A stretch of 64,000 nt of DNA from Amoebidium appalachense. Lineage: Eukaryota > Protista > Ichthyosporea. Numbering within the stretch: position 1 is the first letter of the stretch; each line of letters starts with the position of its first letter. Shown piece by piece: positions 24,849 through 35,164 of the stretch. A model generated the notes under the pieces. It had not been told where the DNA came from, made no database searches, and saw nothing but the letters and a program-made list of their open reading frames with translations. Both the position numbers and the translations under genes were made by a program. The stretch spans positions 696,745 through 760,744 of the forward strand of contig CAVNZM010000001.1 of NCBI GenBank assembly GCA_963693365.1. Reading direction: 5' to 3'.

Positions 24849-26613
24849 GATCTATGAAAACTACTCCGGGACGTGTGTTGCCTCTAGGGGGACGTCCCCT
24901 TGGACGAAAGTGAACCTGCAATGGTTGTAAACCACGGCAAGCCCCCAGTCATCAATTTATTGATCCGAGAGGTCCTTGTGCCCAAAAAACGGGGGAAGTC
25001 TTCGCCCCGTGAAAAAACAGCACGTACCTAGCCCCTAAGTTCTATCTGTGGGTGTGGGTGTGCGCGTAGACTAGGCAATGTGCTTGCAGTCTTTGCGGGG
25101 GTGTGTGCCAGAGCAGAGCGGGCACACGTGGGAGAAGGGGCAGGGCTGGTTAGCGCAGGACCGACCGTTGATGTGGCAATTCCTGCAGTGTGTCGCGGGT
25201 AGATCCACGGGTCGGGCCGGTGGTGCCGGGCCGGGTTGCGGGCCGGGTCGGTTGGGGGTTTGTCCCCCGCCGGGCTTGTGGGGCGGCGGGAAACCATCAA
25301 GACCACAGCCGGGCTTGGGGTACATGGGGCAGGCTGCGCTGGGGTGGTCGGGGAAGCCGCAGCGCTGACATGCGTCCGGGATGAGCAGAGTGGGTGGCAG
25401 GAGGAGATCCTGGTGGAGTTGGGCGAGCAGGTTGGGACACTCGATCGGAGCACGACCCTGTTGGTGGGCAACGGTTCGGGCGTATACGTCATAGTTGTGG
25501 ATCTGGGCCCACGGGTATCGGGTGCTGAGGCGAGTGATGTGCTGAGTCCAAAGTACGTCTCTGTCCGTGGGGAGGCCGAGGTGGTGCTTGGCGGCCATGT
25601 AATGGGTCCAAGCTTGGATCCAAATGACGAGTGAACGCAGGGGAACGGGTTTGTCTTGGCGAAAAGTCTCGATGCTGCCGTCGTCGGCCATGCGCAGATG
25701 CTGACCTTTCTTGGATGGGGCCAGGAGGGCGGCGGGGGTGAACTTATACAGGTCGACGAAACGATTGGCGCGCAAATCTGCCAGCACATCCGCGGGGGGA
25801 AGCGGGAGTGTGCCCGGTTGAATGTCGCCAGTGTTCTCACCTGTAATGGGGGGCGCGGGCAGGGCAGGTAGGTCCAGGTCAGGGCCGAGATGCAGCCCCA
25901 GGGAAACCTCCCCGGGTGCGGAGGGCGCGGCTGGGGGCGCGGGAGGGTCGCGGTTGGTGAGAGCGGCCAGGACGCCAGCCATCTGGGTGCTGATGGCGGT
26001 GAGGGCGGCAAGGACGGCGTCTTGAGAAGTCATCGGCGGGGACGGTGGGGCCTGAGGAGGGACTTCAGGAGTAGAGGGGAGAGTAGCCGGAGGGTCCGTG
26101 GTGGTATGGGCCGCTGGAGGCGCGTCAGTGCCCGCGGGAGCGTTGGTCAGCCTGTGGCGGAGGTCGCTGCGGGTCAGGCGCTTAGGTGCCGCGGCAGGGG
26201 CGGCGGCTGAGGCCTGGCGCTTTTTTGGCGGCATGCTGACCGGCGTAGGGAAAGATAGGGAGAAGGAAAAGAAAATATAGCTGTAAAGCTGTAGGTGCCA
26301 AACACAGAAGATGTGTCTGTTGCTTGCTGATCTGCTAAAAACTGTCGTGCTTATATACCTAAGGCTCCCGATCTGAGCCAATCAAAATCGATCTAGTGTT
26401 ATGTTGAAATCTGATCTTGAGCCAATCAAACTCGGTCTAGTGATCTGTGGAATCTGATGTTTTGATCGGCTAATAGGTGCCCGTATGCGGGCAGCCGAAC
26501 GCGAGCTGCTAAAACACGAAACGAAGCCTACATGGTTATGTTGATATCGGACACCCATCCTACGTGTTTACCCAGAAAAATATTTATGTCAATAAAACTC
26601 CACAAATAAAACC
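24849..26613 (-). mobile_element. Internally deleted Ngaro element (A repeat, gag-like ORF, terminal B repeat)
   Basis: 26613->26275 matches the A repeat; 25025->24849 matches 22992-23169 including the ..TTCATAGATC end. Confidence 0.88.
25071..26234 (-). CDS. Ngaro gag-like ORF1
   Basis: MPPKKR.. start; FVDLYKF, W..YD..R motif; zinc fingers CQRCGFPDHPSAAC and CRNCH..C..C.FSHVCPLCSGTHPRKDC typical of DIRS/Ngaro ORF1. Confidence 0.82.
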   Translation of the reverse strand: MPPKKRQASAAAPAAAPKRLTRSDLRHRLTNAPAGTDAPPAAHTTTDPPATLPSTPEVPPQAPPSPPMTSQDAVLAALTAISTQMAGVLAALTNRDPPAPPAAPSAPGEVSLGLHLGPDLDLPALPAPPITGENTGDIQPGTLPLPPADVLADLRANRFVDLYKFTPAALLAPSKKGQHLRMADDGSIETFRQDKPVPLRSLVIWIQAWTHYMAAKHHLGLPTDRDVLWTQHITRLSTRYPWAQIHNYDVYARTVAHQQGRAPIECPNLLAQLHQDLLLPPTLLIPDACQRCGFPDHPSAACPMYPKPGCGLDGFPPPHKPGGGQTPNRPGPQPGPAPPARPVDLPATHCRNCHINGRSCANQPCPFSHVCPLCSGTHPRKDCKHIA

Positions 26614-28043
26614 TTCACGGCAAGACTTAGAAGTTGAGTTTTGTATTTGTTTATTAGTTTGTTGTAGTTTGTTTCCTTTTCCTTCCTTCCTTTCTTTCTT
26701 TCTTTTCTTTCTGTTTCCGTGTACACCGATATCTTAGATCTGTGTACGTATCGACATACTTAGCTCGCGCACACGTATTGTCGTTTGTGTCAAAATCTAT
26801 ATATGTCATCCAATCAAATCTCGTTTATATTTTCCCAAATATAGTAACTTACATTCCTTTCTCATTCCTTTCTCACGGCGTAGCATTGTGCTATGTTCTC
26901 CAACCATTAGGAATAATTATGTTTTGACGTGTTATGATAAGAACATGTATAAATGTATGTTATGAATTAATAGTTACATAAGTGGTTTCATTTTGTTAAA
27001 TGTTTCCGTGCTTTTATTAGAAGTTTCTTTCATTAGAGGATTGAGTTTCATATTCTATGGGGGGTCTATTTTGATCGATATATTTTACACTCATAGTTTT
27101 CGTCTTTCTGATTGGAAAATAGAGTTTTCGTTCTTTTGATTGGTTTATCGTTTTCACATTCCCAAGTATAAAAGGGACTTCATCTTGGAATAAATCTTAA
27201 GCAGTCGTATTCACTTCCTATGGTTCCAGCAGTCGTTCCACCTCTGCGGTTGTGTTTCTCCCGTGTGTCTCTGTGTTGTGTATAACATAACACCCATCTG
27301 TGCTCTCTGCTTCTCCGTTTACCCACACAAAACAACACTTGCCGGGGTTGGTGTTGAACCGACCAAGGAAGCCGATGGCATAGGCAATGTCGGGACGTGT
27401 GCACCGTGCCACCCAGAGAACGGCCGAGTAACTCACGGTAGGGCACGGTGAACGGTTGGGGGGGGCAGTCAGCCAGGGAGACGGTGGTGCCTGCAGGGAT
27501 GGGGGTACACATGGACTTGGCATCGGTGAGGTTGAAGTCGTGGATTATATCCATGATGTGAGACCTCTGGTGCATGTGGAGATGATGGGGATCGGAGTGA
27601 TTAAAATCAACACCGAGCATACGGTCAAATGGACTCATACGACAGCTGGCCATCTTGCTGATGTGGGCAGCCAGGTCACTGGCAGCAGTAGAACCCCGGG
27701 TGTTGGTGATGGTGGAGTCGTCGACGTAGTTACCAGCCCGGACCATATCGTTGTTGGGGAAGAACCGGAGGTAGATGCACGGGTCAGTCTTAGTACGGGT
27801 AAGGCCATGGGCAAGAAGAATGCCGTCGAGGAAGTCGTACCAAGCCTTGGAGGCTTCTTTGAGGCCATACAGGGCTTTCTTGAGTCTCCAGACCTTGCCA
27901 AGGGTGGCCATGGTGATGAAACCCGGGGGGCTGTTTCATGTAGATGGTCTCGGTGAGTGGGCTGTTGAGAAAGGCCGTAGACACATCGAGTTGATGGATG
28001 TCATGACCTTCAACAACGGCCAGGGCTAGGATAGCACGGAGAG

Positions 28044-31000
28044 TGTTGTAATACGTAGTATTTATATATGGTAAGATCTTCTCAGTTTGTGTTATGTTTC
28101 AGTTCATATGCTTAGTGTATATGCCACACTCCTATTATGTAAAGTGTAGCATCGATCTCCGATATGCTTGTATACTTGTAATCGTGTTGTATCGGCTTTA
28201 ATCGTGTGTTGTAATATTGATTAGAATATTTATATGTGTGTACACGGATCCACCCACTCAGGGAGAGACGTGTACATGTTCGTGTGTACATAAATATCTC
28301 TGGTTATAGTTATGCTATTACTATCTTATTTGTAGATCTGTGCTCTCTTTTCCTTCCTCTTTCTCCTTCCTTATTTTCTTTTCTTTCTCTCCTTGTCTTC
28401 ATGTGTATGATCGTATTTCTTTTCTACTAATATATGTTAGGTAGATTTGTGTTACTTAATACATGTTCATTGGACGGTAACACACTTAGGCTACACTTAG
28501 AATAGCATGTGTGTTTAGACTTCATTAATTTACTTTAGTTTTCATGTGTTGCCGGGCTTTAACCAATCATCAAGGTTAAGTGTGATATGTCTGAGTCTTT
28601 GCAGTATGTCATAGGTTAGAACTTCCTTGATGATGACACGAGTTGATCTTAACTAGTGTATGTGTCCTATCGTGTACGTCTACGCGTACCGGATCTCTCT
28701 GAAAGCAATTGGTTCTTAGTGATTGGTTTCTATTAGAGATAGATCTGATTTTCGACTGGTCGGAAATCATGTATGGATTGGACTTAGAGGAATTTCAGGT
28801 ATTTATTCGAAGATCAGAATAAATTCAGTTTAGTCGTGTCTAAACATTGATGTCTGTTGTGTACACTGCTCCGATCGTTCCGTGTTTTGTTGTTGTGTGT
28901 GTCTGTGGTGTTTTCACACTGCACCACTGTGTCTCTGCTTCCGTCCCAAATACTTATATAATCTTACAGGTTATGCAGCCCTTTTGCACGCTCCCTACAC
29001 ACATCTAGAACTAGCGATCGTTTTTCAATCATGGATCCAAACAAAACTGGTGTAAACAAAATAACCATGTGGAAAGGTGAAGGGAAAACTGGTCCCGATA
29101 GCAAAACCACCTATTTTCAGTGGGAAATCATTTTTCTCGGCATGATGACCGGCACTAAAGGTGTCCGACTCGTGGATGTTGTGCTTGCTGGCAACTACGT
29201 CCCCCCTACCACCGTCGCGGTTGACGGTGAACCCCCCTTCTACGGCTACGGCACTACCGCGGCACTCAAGGAGGCCCGCAACTGCCTCCTGCTCCATATG
29301 ATTCAGAACATCGACCCTTCCGTGCTCACCACCGTTGCCCAGTACCGTATTGGCATGGACCCTGAACGGGCCATGTGGAAATTCCGTCAACACTACCTCC
29401 AAGGCAAACCCGATCAGATCCGCATCCTTCACCGTCAGTGGGATGCCTGTGCCCTTCAGCCCGGTGAATCATTCACCACCTACCTGAGTCGTCTGCAAAC
29501 CATCGTGAACCAGCTCCAGTCCCTCCAAGATGAGTCCATTCACTTCACTCGTCTAGCTGAGAAGTTCTTCAATGAACTCACCACCAGAGACGACCTCACC
29601 CCTGAGTTCAACCGTCTTATCGAAGACTATCACTTCGGTGATAAGCTATTCCCCGACTTCGAGTCCCTCCACAACCACGTCAAGGGCATCGAGCTACGTC
29701 AAGACCTCAAGATGCAACTCCGGAGCAACCGTGCCCACCGTGCCTCCAAGTCCAGCATGGCATTAAATGCCAGTGCTCCCCCCCGTGATCTTCCTCGCCG
29801 TGACTTACGCAACCGACTTGACCGTACCCCTGGCACGGACAAGTCAGCCCTCACTGCTGAGTATCAAGCCTTCGTCGACAAAGACATCTTTGAACTTGTT
29901 GACCCTCCCCCTGGTGCTAACATCGTCGGCTTCAAGTGGATTGTCTCCGAGAAAACTCTCAACTCGGCTGGTGACACCAAGATCAAGGCCCGTGGTGTTG
30001 CTCAAGGCTTTAGTCAGCAATACGGTGTTGACTATGAGTTGATTGAGAGCCCTGTCATCCGTCCGGCTACTCTCCGTGCTATCCTAGCTCTGGCCGTTGT
30101 TGAAGGTCATGACATCCATCAACTCGACGTGTCTACGGCCTTTCTCAACAGCCCACTCTCCGAGACCATCTACATGAAACAACCCCCGGGATTCATCACC
30201 ATGGCCACACTTGGCAAGATCTGGAGACTCAAGAAAGCCCTGTATGGCCTCAAGCAAGCCTCCAAGGCTTGGTACGACTTCCTCGACGGCATTCTTCTTG
30301 CCCATGGCCTGACCCGTACTAAGACAGACCCGTGCATCTACCTCCGGTTCTTCCCCAACAACGATGTGGTTCGGGCTGGTAACTACGTCGACGACTCCAC
30401 CATCACCAACACCCGGGGTTCTACTGCTGCCAGTGACCTGGCTGCCCACATCAGCAAGATGGCCAGCTGTTGTATGAGTCCATTTGACCGTATGCTCGGT
30501 GTTGATTTTAATCACTCTGATCCCCATCACGTCCATAGCCGGAGATTGGCCGAGGAGGCCTTGGTGGGGCACTGGCCATGGAGTAGGCTGAGGTGGGAGG
30601 GCAGGAGGGGTTCCCTGGTGGATGAGCGGGGTCGGATGTTGTGAGAAAGCTGCCATCTGCCCACCCCCCGTAGGAACCAGGCCAGAGACTTGTCGTGGGG
30701 GTAGGGAGCAGGGAGGCCCATGTCGAGGTGGAGCCTGGTGATGGCCGAATTGTAGCCGGTTAAGGAAGAGGCCCATGGCCTGACCCGTACTAAGACAGAC
30801 CCGTGCATCTACCTCCGGTTCTTCCCCAACAACGATGTGGTTCGGGCTGGTAACTACGTCGACGACTCCACCATCACCAACACCCGGGGTTCTACTGCTG
30901 CCAGTGACCTGGCTGCCCACATCAGCAAGATGGCCAGCTGTCGTATGAGTCCATTTGACCGTATGCTCGGTGTTGATTTTAATCACTCTGATCCCCATCA

Positions 31001-32111
31001 CCTCCACATGCACCAGAGGGCTTACATCATGGATATCATCCACGACTTCAACCTCACCGATGCCAAGTCCAAGTCTACCCCCATCCCTGCAGGCACCACC
31101 GTCTCCCTGGCTGACTGCCCCCCCCAACCGTTCACCGTGCCCTACCGTGAGTTACTCGGCCGTCTCCTCTGGGTGGCACGGTGCACACGTCCCGACATCG
31201 CCTATGCCATCGGCTTCCTTGGTCGGTTCAGCACCAACCCCGGCAAGACTCACTGGGACCTTCTCCGTCGTGTGGCCCGGTACCTGCTCGGCACCATTGA
31301 CCTTGGCATTGACTACAAGTACTCGGCCACCCAGCCTCCCATACTCGAATGCTACACGGATGCTGACTTTGCTGGTTGTGCCGACAGCAAGAAGTCTACC
31401 ACCGGCTACATCATCGAGTTTGCTGGTATGCCCATCATCTGGTACTCCAAGCTCCAGCCCATCACGGCCACCAGCACCACTGAAGCTGAGCTGATTGCTC
31501 TCAATGCTGGCACCCAAGAAGTTCAAGTTGCTTGGGTCCGTGACCTCTTCAAGGAACTCGGCTGCCCCATGCGTGCCCCGACTCCGGTGTACTGTGACAA
31601 CCAGTCGACCATTGCCATCGTCAACTCCACCGGCATCAAGCACCGTACCAAACACATTGCCGTCCGGTATCACAACACCAAGGACTACATTGCAAGTGGG
31701 GATGTGGTTGTCCACTACGTTGAGTCAGCCCACAACTTAGCCGACATCCTCACCAAACCCCTACCCGGGCCGAGTCATGTCACTCATCGTGCCCGACTTT
31801 GTTTGCCGGATATTGTGGATTGACCCATCCTACTTCAAGAGTGATTTTCTAATGTTTACTACTTACTTTATCATATTCATTATATCATATGTATATTGCC
31901 TTTGTGGGTATGCCCACTTAGGGTTTCTATATAAGGTTTGACCTGTACCATGACTCTACTCTATCTTTCACTGGTTTAAAACCCAGTTAATCAAACACCG
32001 ACTATAAACGTTATACATATTCGTTGCTTTTGCCCCGGTTCCTTCCCCTCCCCCCCACCCCCCCCCCATTCCCCCCCCCCCTTCCCCCCCCCCCCCCCCC
32101 CCCCCCCCCTT

Positions 32112-32160
<49 letters not shown>

Positions 32161-33191
32161 GAATAGTTCACACTTTAATTTTTTTTTCGTTTCTGTTCTC
32201 AAGTGGGGAGATTTCACTAGTTCAGTGGGGATATGATAACACAAACTTCAAAGTCTTAAGTGGGGATGTTGTAATACGTAGTATTTACATATGGTAAGAT
32301 CTTCTCAGTTTGTGTTATGTTTCAGTTCATATGCTTAGTGTAAATGCCACACTTCTATTATGTAAAGTGTAGCATCGATCTCCGATATGCTTGTATACTT
32401 GTAATCGTGTTGTATCGGCTTTAATCGTGTGTTGTAATATCGATTAGAATATTTATATGTGTGTACACGGATCCACCCACTCAGGGAGAGACGTGTACAT
32501 GTTCGTGTGTACATAAATATCTCTGGTTATAGTTATGCTATTACTATCTTGTTTGTTGATCTGTGCTCTCTTTTCCTTCCTCTTTCTCCTTCCTTATTTT
32601 CTCTTCTTTCTCTCCTTGTCTTCATGTGTATAATCATATTTCTTTTCTACTAATATATGTTAGGTAGATTTGTGTTACTTAATACGTGTTCATTGGACGG
32701 TAACACACTTAGGCTACACTTAGAATAGCATGTGTGTTTAGACTTCATTAATTTACTTTAGTTTTCATGTGTTGCCGGGCTTTAACCAATCATCATGGTT
32801 AAGTGTGATATGTCTGAGTCTTTGCAGTATGTCATAGGTTAGAACTTCCTTGATGATGACACGAGTTGATCTTAACTAGTGTCTGTGTCCTATCGTGTAC
32901 GTCTCCGCGTACCGGATCTCTCTGAAAGCAATTGGTTCTTAGTGATTGGTTTCTATTAGAGATAGATCTGATTTCGGACTGGTCGGAAATCATGTATGGA
33001 TTGGACTTAGAGGAATTTCAGGTATTTATTCGAAGATCAGAATAAATTCAGTTCAGTCGTGTCTAAACATTGATGTCTGTTGTGTACACTGCTCCGATCG
33101 TTTCGTGCTTTGTCGTTGTGTGTGTCTGTGGTGTTTTCACACTGCACCACTGTGTCTCTGCTTTCATCCCAAATAATTATATAATTTAACA
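28044..33191 (+). mobile_element. Copia-A deletion derivative with both LTRs (28044-28968, 32267-33191): gag fused in frame to RT, PR/IN deleted
   Basis: PBS GGTTATG at 28969; ORF 29031 switches from gag to RT at ..PGTD|KSALTAEY (29840); RT-RH ORF 30837-31823; PPT AAGTGGGGA before 32267. Confidence 0.95.
30531..30773 (-). mobile_element. Inverted 243-bp fragment of the Ngaro tyrosine recombinase inside Copia-A RT (second copy 37652-37894)
   Basis: Reverse complement of 21691-21933; flanked by a ~231-bp direct duplication of Copia RT (30300-30530, 30771-31001). Confidence 0.93.
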
Positions 33192-33214
33192 GGTTATGGG
33201 CCCAGCACGCTTCC
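33192..33214 (-). other. 23-nt DNA copy of initiator tRNA-Met (nt ~17-39) attached to the LTR end (second copy 40293-40315)
   Basis: GGTTATGGGCCCAGCACGCTTCC is the exact reverse complement of GGAAGCGTGCTGGGCCCATAACC in animal-type tRNAi-Met (sequence recalled, not searched). Confidence 0.85.
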
Positions 33215-33235
33215 AAATACTTATATAATTTAACA

Positions 33236-35164
33236 GCCATACAGGGCTTTCTTGAGTCTCCAGACCTTGCCAAGTGTGGCCATGGTGATGAATCCCGGGG
33301 GTTGTTTCGTGTAGATGGTCTCGGTGAGTGGGCTGTTGAGAAAGGCCGTAGACACGTCGAGTTGATGGATGACAGGGCTCTCAATCAACTCATAGTCAAC
33401 ACCGTATTGCTGACTGAAGCCTTGAGCAACACCACGGGCCTTGATCTTGGTGTCACCAGCCGAGTTCAGAGTTTTCTCGGAGACAATCCACTTGAAGCCG
33501 ACGATGTTAGCACCAGGGGGAGGGTCAACAAGTTCAAAGATGTCTTTGTCGACCAAGGCTTGATACTCAGCAGTGAGGGCTGACTTGACCTGGTCACCAT
33601 TGGGTCCGGAACACAGTTGACGGACAAGTTTGGGTAGTTGGTCGATGTTGATGGGGGGACCGGGGGGAACTGGCAGGGTGGTGGTGGCTTGAAGTCCAAC
33701 CTTGCCCTGTAGACGGGCAGAACGACGGGGTGCAGGAACCGGGGGAGGTGGAGACGGGGGGGGGGGGAACTTGGAAGTTCGGAATTGCAGGGGGGGGCAA
33801 CCTCCGGGCTGGACGGGGCCGAGTGGAAGTTGTCGGGGGAGCCGGGTCGGATGGGTGTGACGTTGCCAGGGGCAGGATGAGGGTCGGCAGGCTGGGCACG
33901 GGGGCAGGGGGGCCGGTGGGGGGGGGTGTCGGGGGAACGACGATGGCAGGAGGGGGGCCAGAGTACACCAGACAAACATCATCTTCAGTGTCAACTGTGG
34001 GGGGTGGGGTGGTCGAGGTAGCAGTGGTGTCGGGGGTCGGAAGTGTTGATGGAATGTCGGACGCGAGATAAGCTGATTCGTCGAAAATCACATCACGGAA
34101 GAGGCCGACACGATGGGTGGTGGGGTTGAAGATCCGGTGGCAGTGTGATTGAAGATCATAGCCGATATACATGCCGAGTTTGACGGTGGGGGCCAGCTTG
34201 TTCCGTTTAGAGGCTGGCACATGAGTGTAGGCAGGGCAACCGAACACTTTGAGCTCGGAGATGTCGGGCTTGACACCGTAGAAAACCTCGAATGGTGTAC
34301 GACCATTGGCAGTCGTGGACGGGGTGACGTTGATGATGTAGGCGGCATGTTGGAGGGCCTCAGCCCACAGTTTGGGGGACAAAGACTGATCTTGGACTTG
34401 ATGGAGGAGGGAACGAACAATCTCTTGGAGGAACCGCATACGACGTTCAACATAGCCGTTCAGTTGAGGGCAGTCCACCGGAGCATAGCTGGCCTTGATG
34501 CCCTGGGAGAGGCAAAAAGCACGGGTAGCCTTGGAGGTGAACTCAGAGCCGGAGTCGAAGTGGTAGACACCAACTTTGGAGGGGGCATGGGTAGCAACGA
34601 GGTTGGTGTGAGCTGTGAGAATGTCCAGGGTGGTTGTACGGTCGGCCATCGGGTAGATCTTGACGAGTCCAGAGGCACGGCAGACAGTGACGAGAGCAAC
34701 CTTGGAACCTCCGTACGATGTTGTGGTAGGCTCAAAAAAATCCCAATGCCATTCATGACCGGGGATGTTGGAGTGAGGACGGTCACCCTTGAACGGAGCC
34801 TTGGTGGTTTTACCCATAATGCAGCCATGACAATCAGGAACATCACAGTCGAGGACAGACGAGGGGAGACCAATAACAAGGTCGTGTTTCACCATGTCCT
34901 TGATGCTGGTCATAGCACGGTGCCCCAGACGATGGTGCCAGATGGATGGATTAACACTGGTAGTGGCAGCCAGAGCCACAGGACGAGTGGGTGGTTGAAT
35001 GGTGTAGTCCTTGAAGTAATACAGACCGTTGTGTAGACGGAGGTTGACGAGATGACGGCCGGTGAGTCGGTCGAAGAGGAATGACGGAGTGGAGGCATCA
35101 TTCAAATCACCCTTGATGTATTCGGCAGCAGCTTGGGATGTTGAAATGAGGAAGGCTTGGCCAG
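33236..35164 (-). pseudogene. Inverted Copia-A IN-RT segment bounded by LTR termini (second copy 40337-42264)
   Basis: ORFs 33594-35105 and 33230-33994; 40331-42205 in the duplicate. Confidence 0.95.

Larger units (their letters stand above)
24835..27337 (+). mobile_element. Solo LTR-B with 5-bp TSD CTTGC, interrupted after 14 bp by a Ngaro element
   Basis: TGTCATCTTCACTT at 24835-24848; rest of the LTR ~26614-27337 ends AAAACAACA; CTTGC at 24830-24834 and 27338-27342. Confidence 0.9.
24148..28043 (-). pseudogene. Copia-A-like RT/RNase H and 3' UTR fragment, split by the LTR-B/Ngaro insertion
   Basis: 28043->27338 encodes LRAIL..YVDD..TNPGK; 24834->24440 continues THWDLL..YTDADFAG..ADILTK with an internal deletion; then 3' UTR and poly-C. 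Confidence 0.88.
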
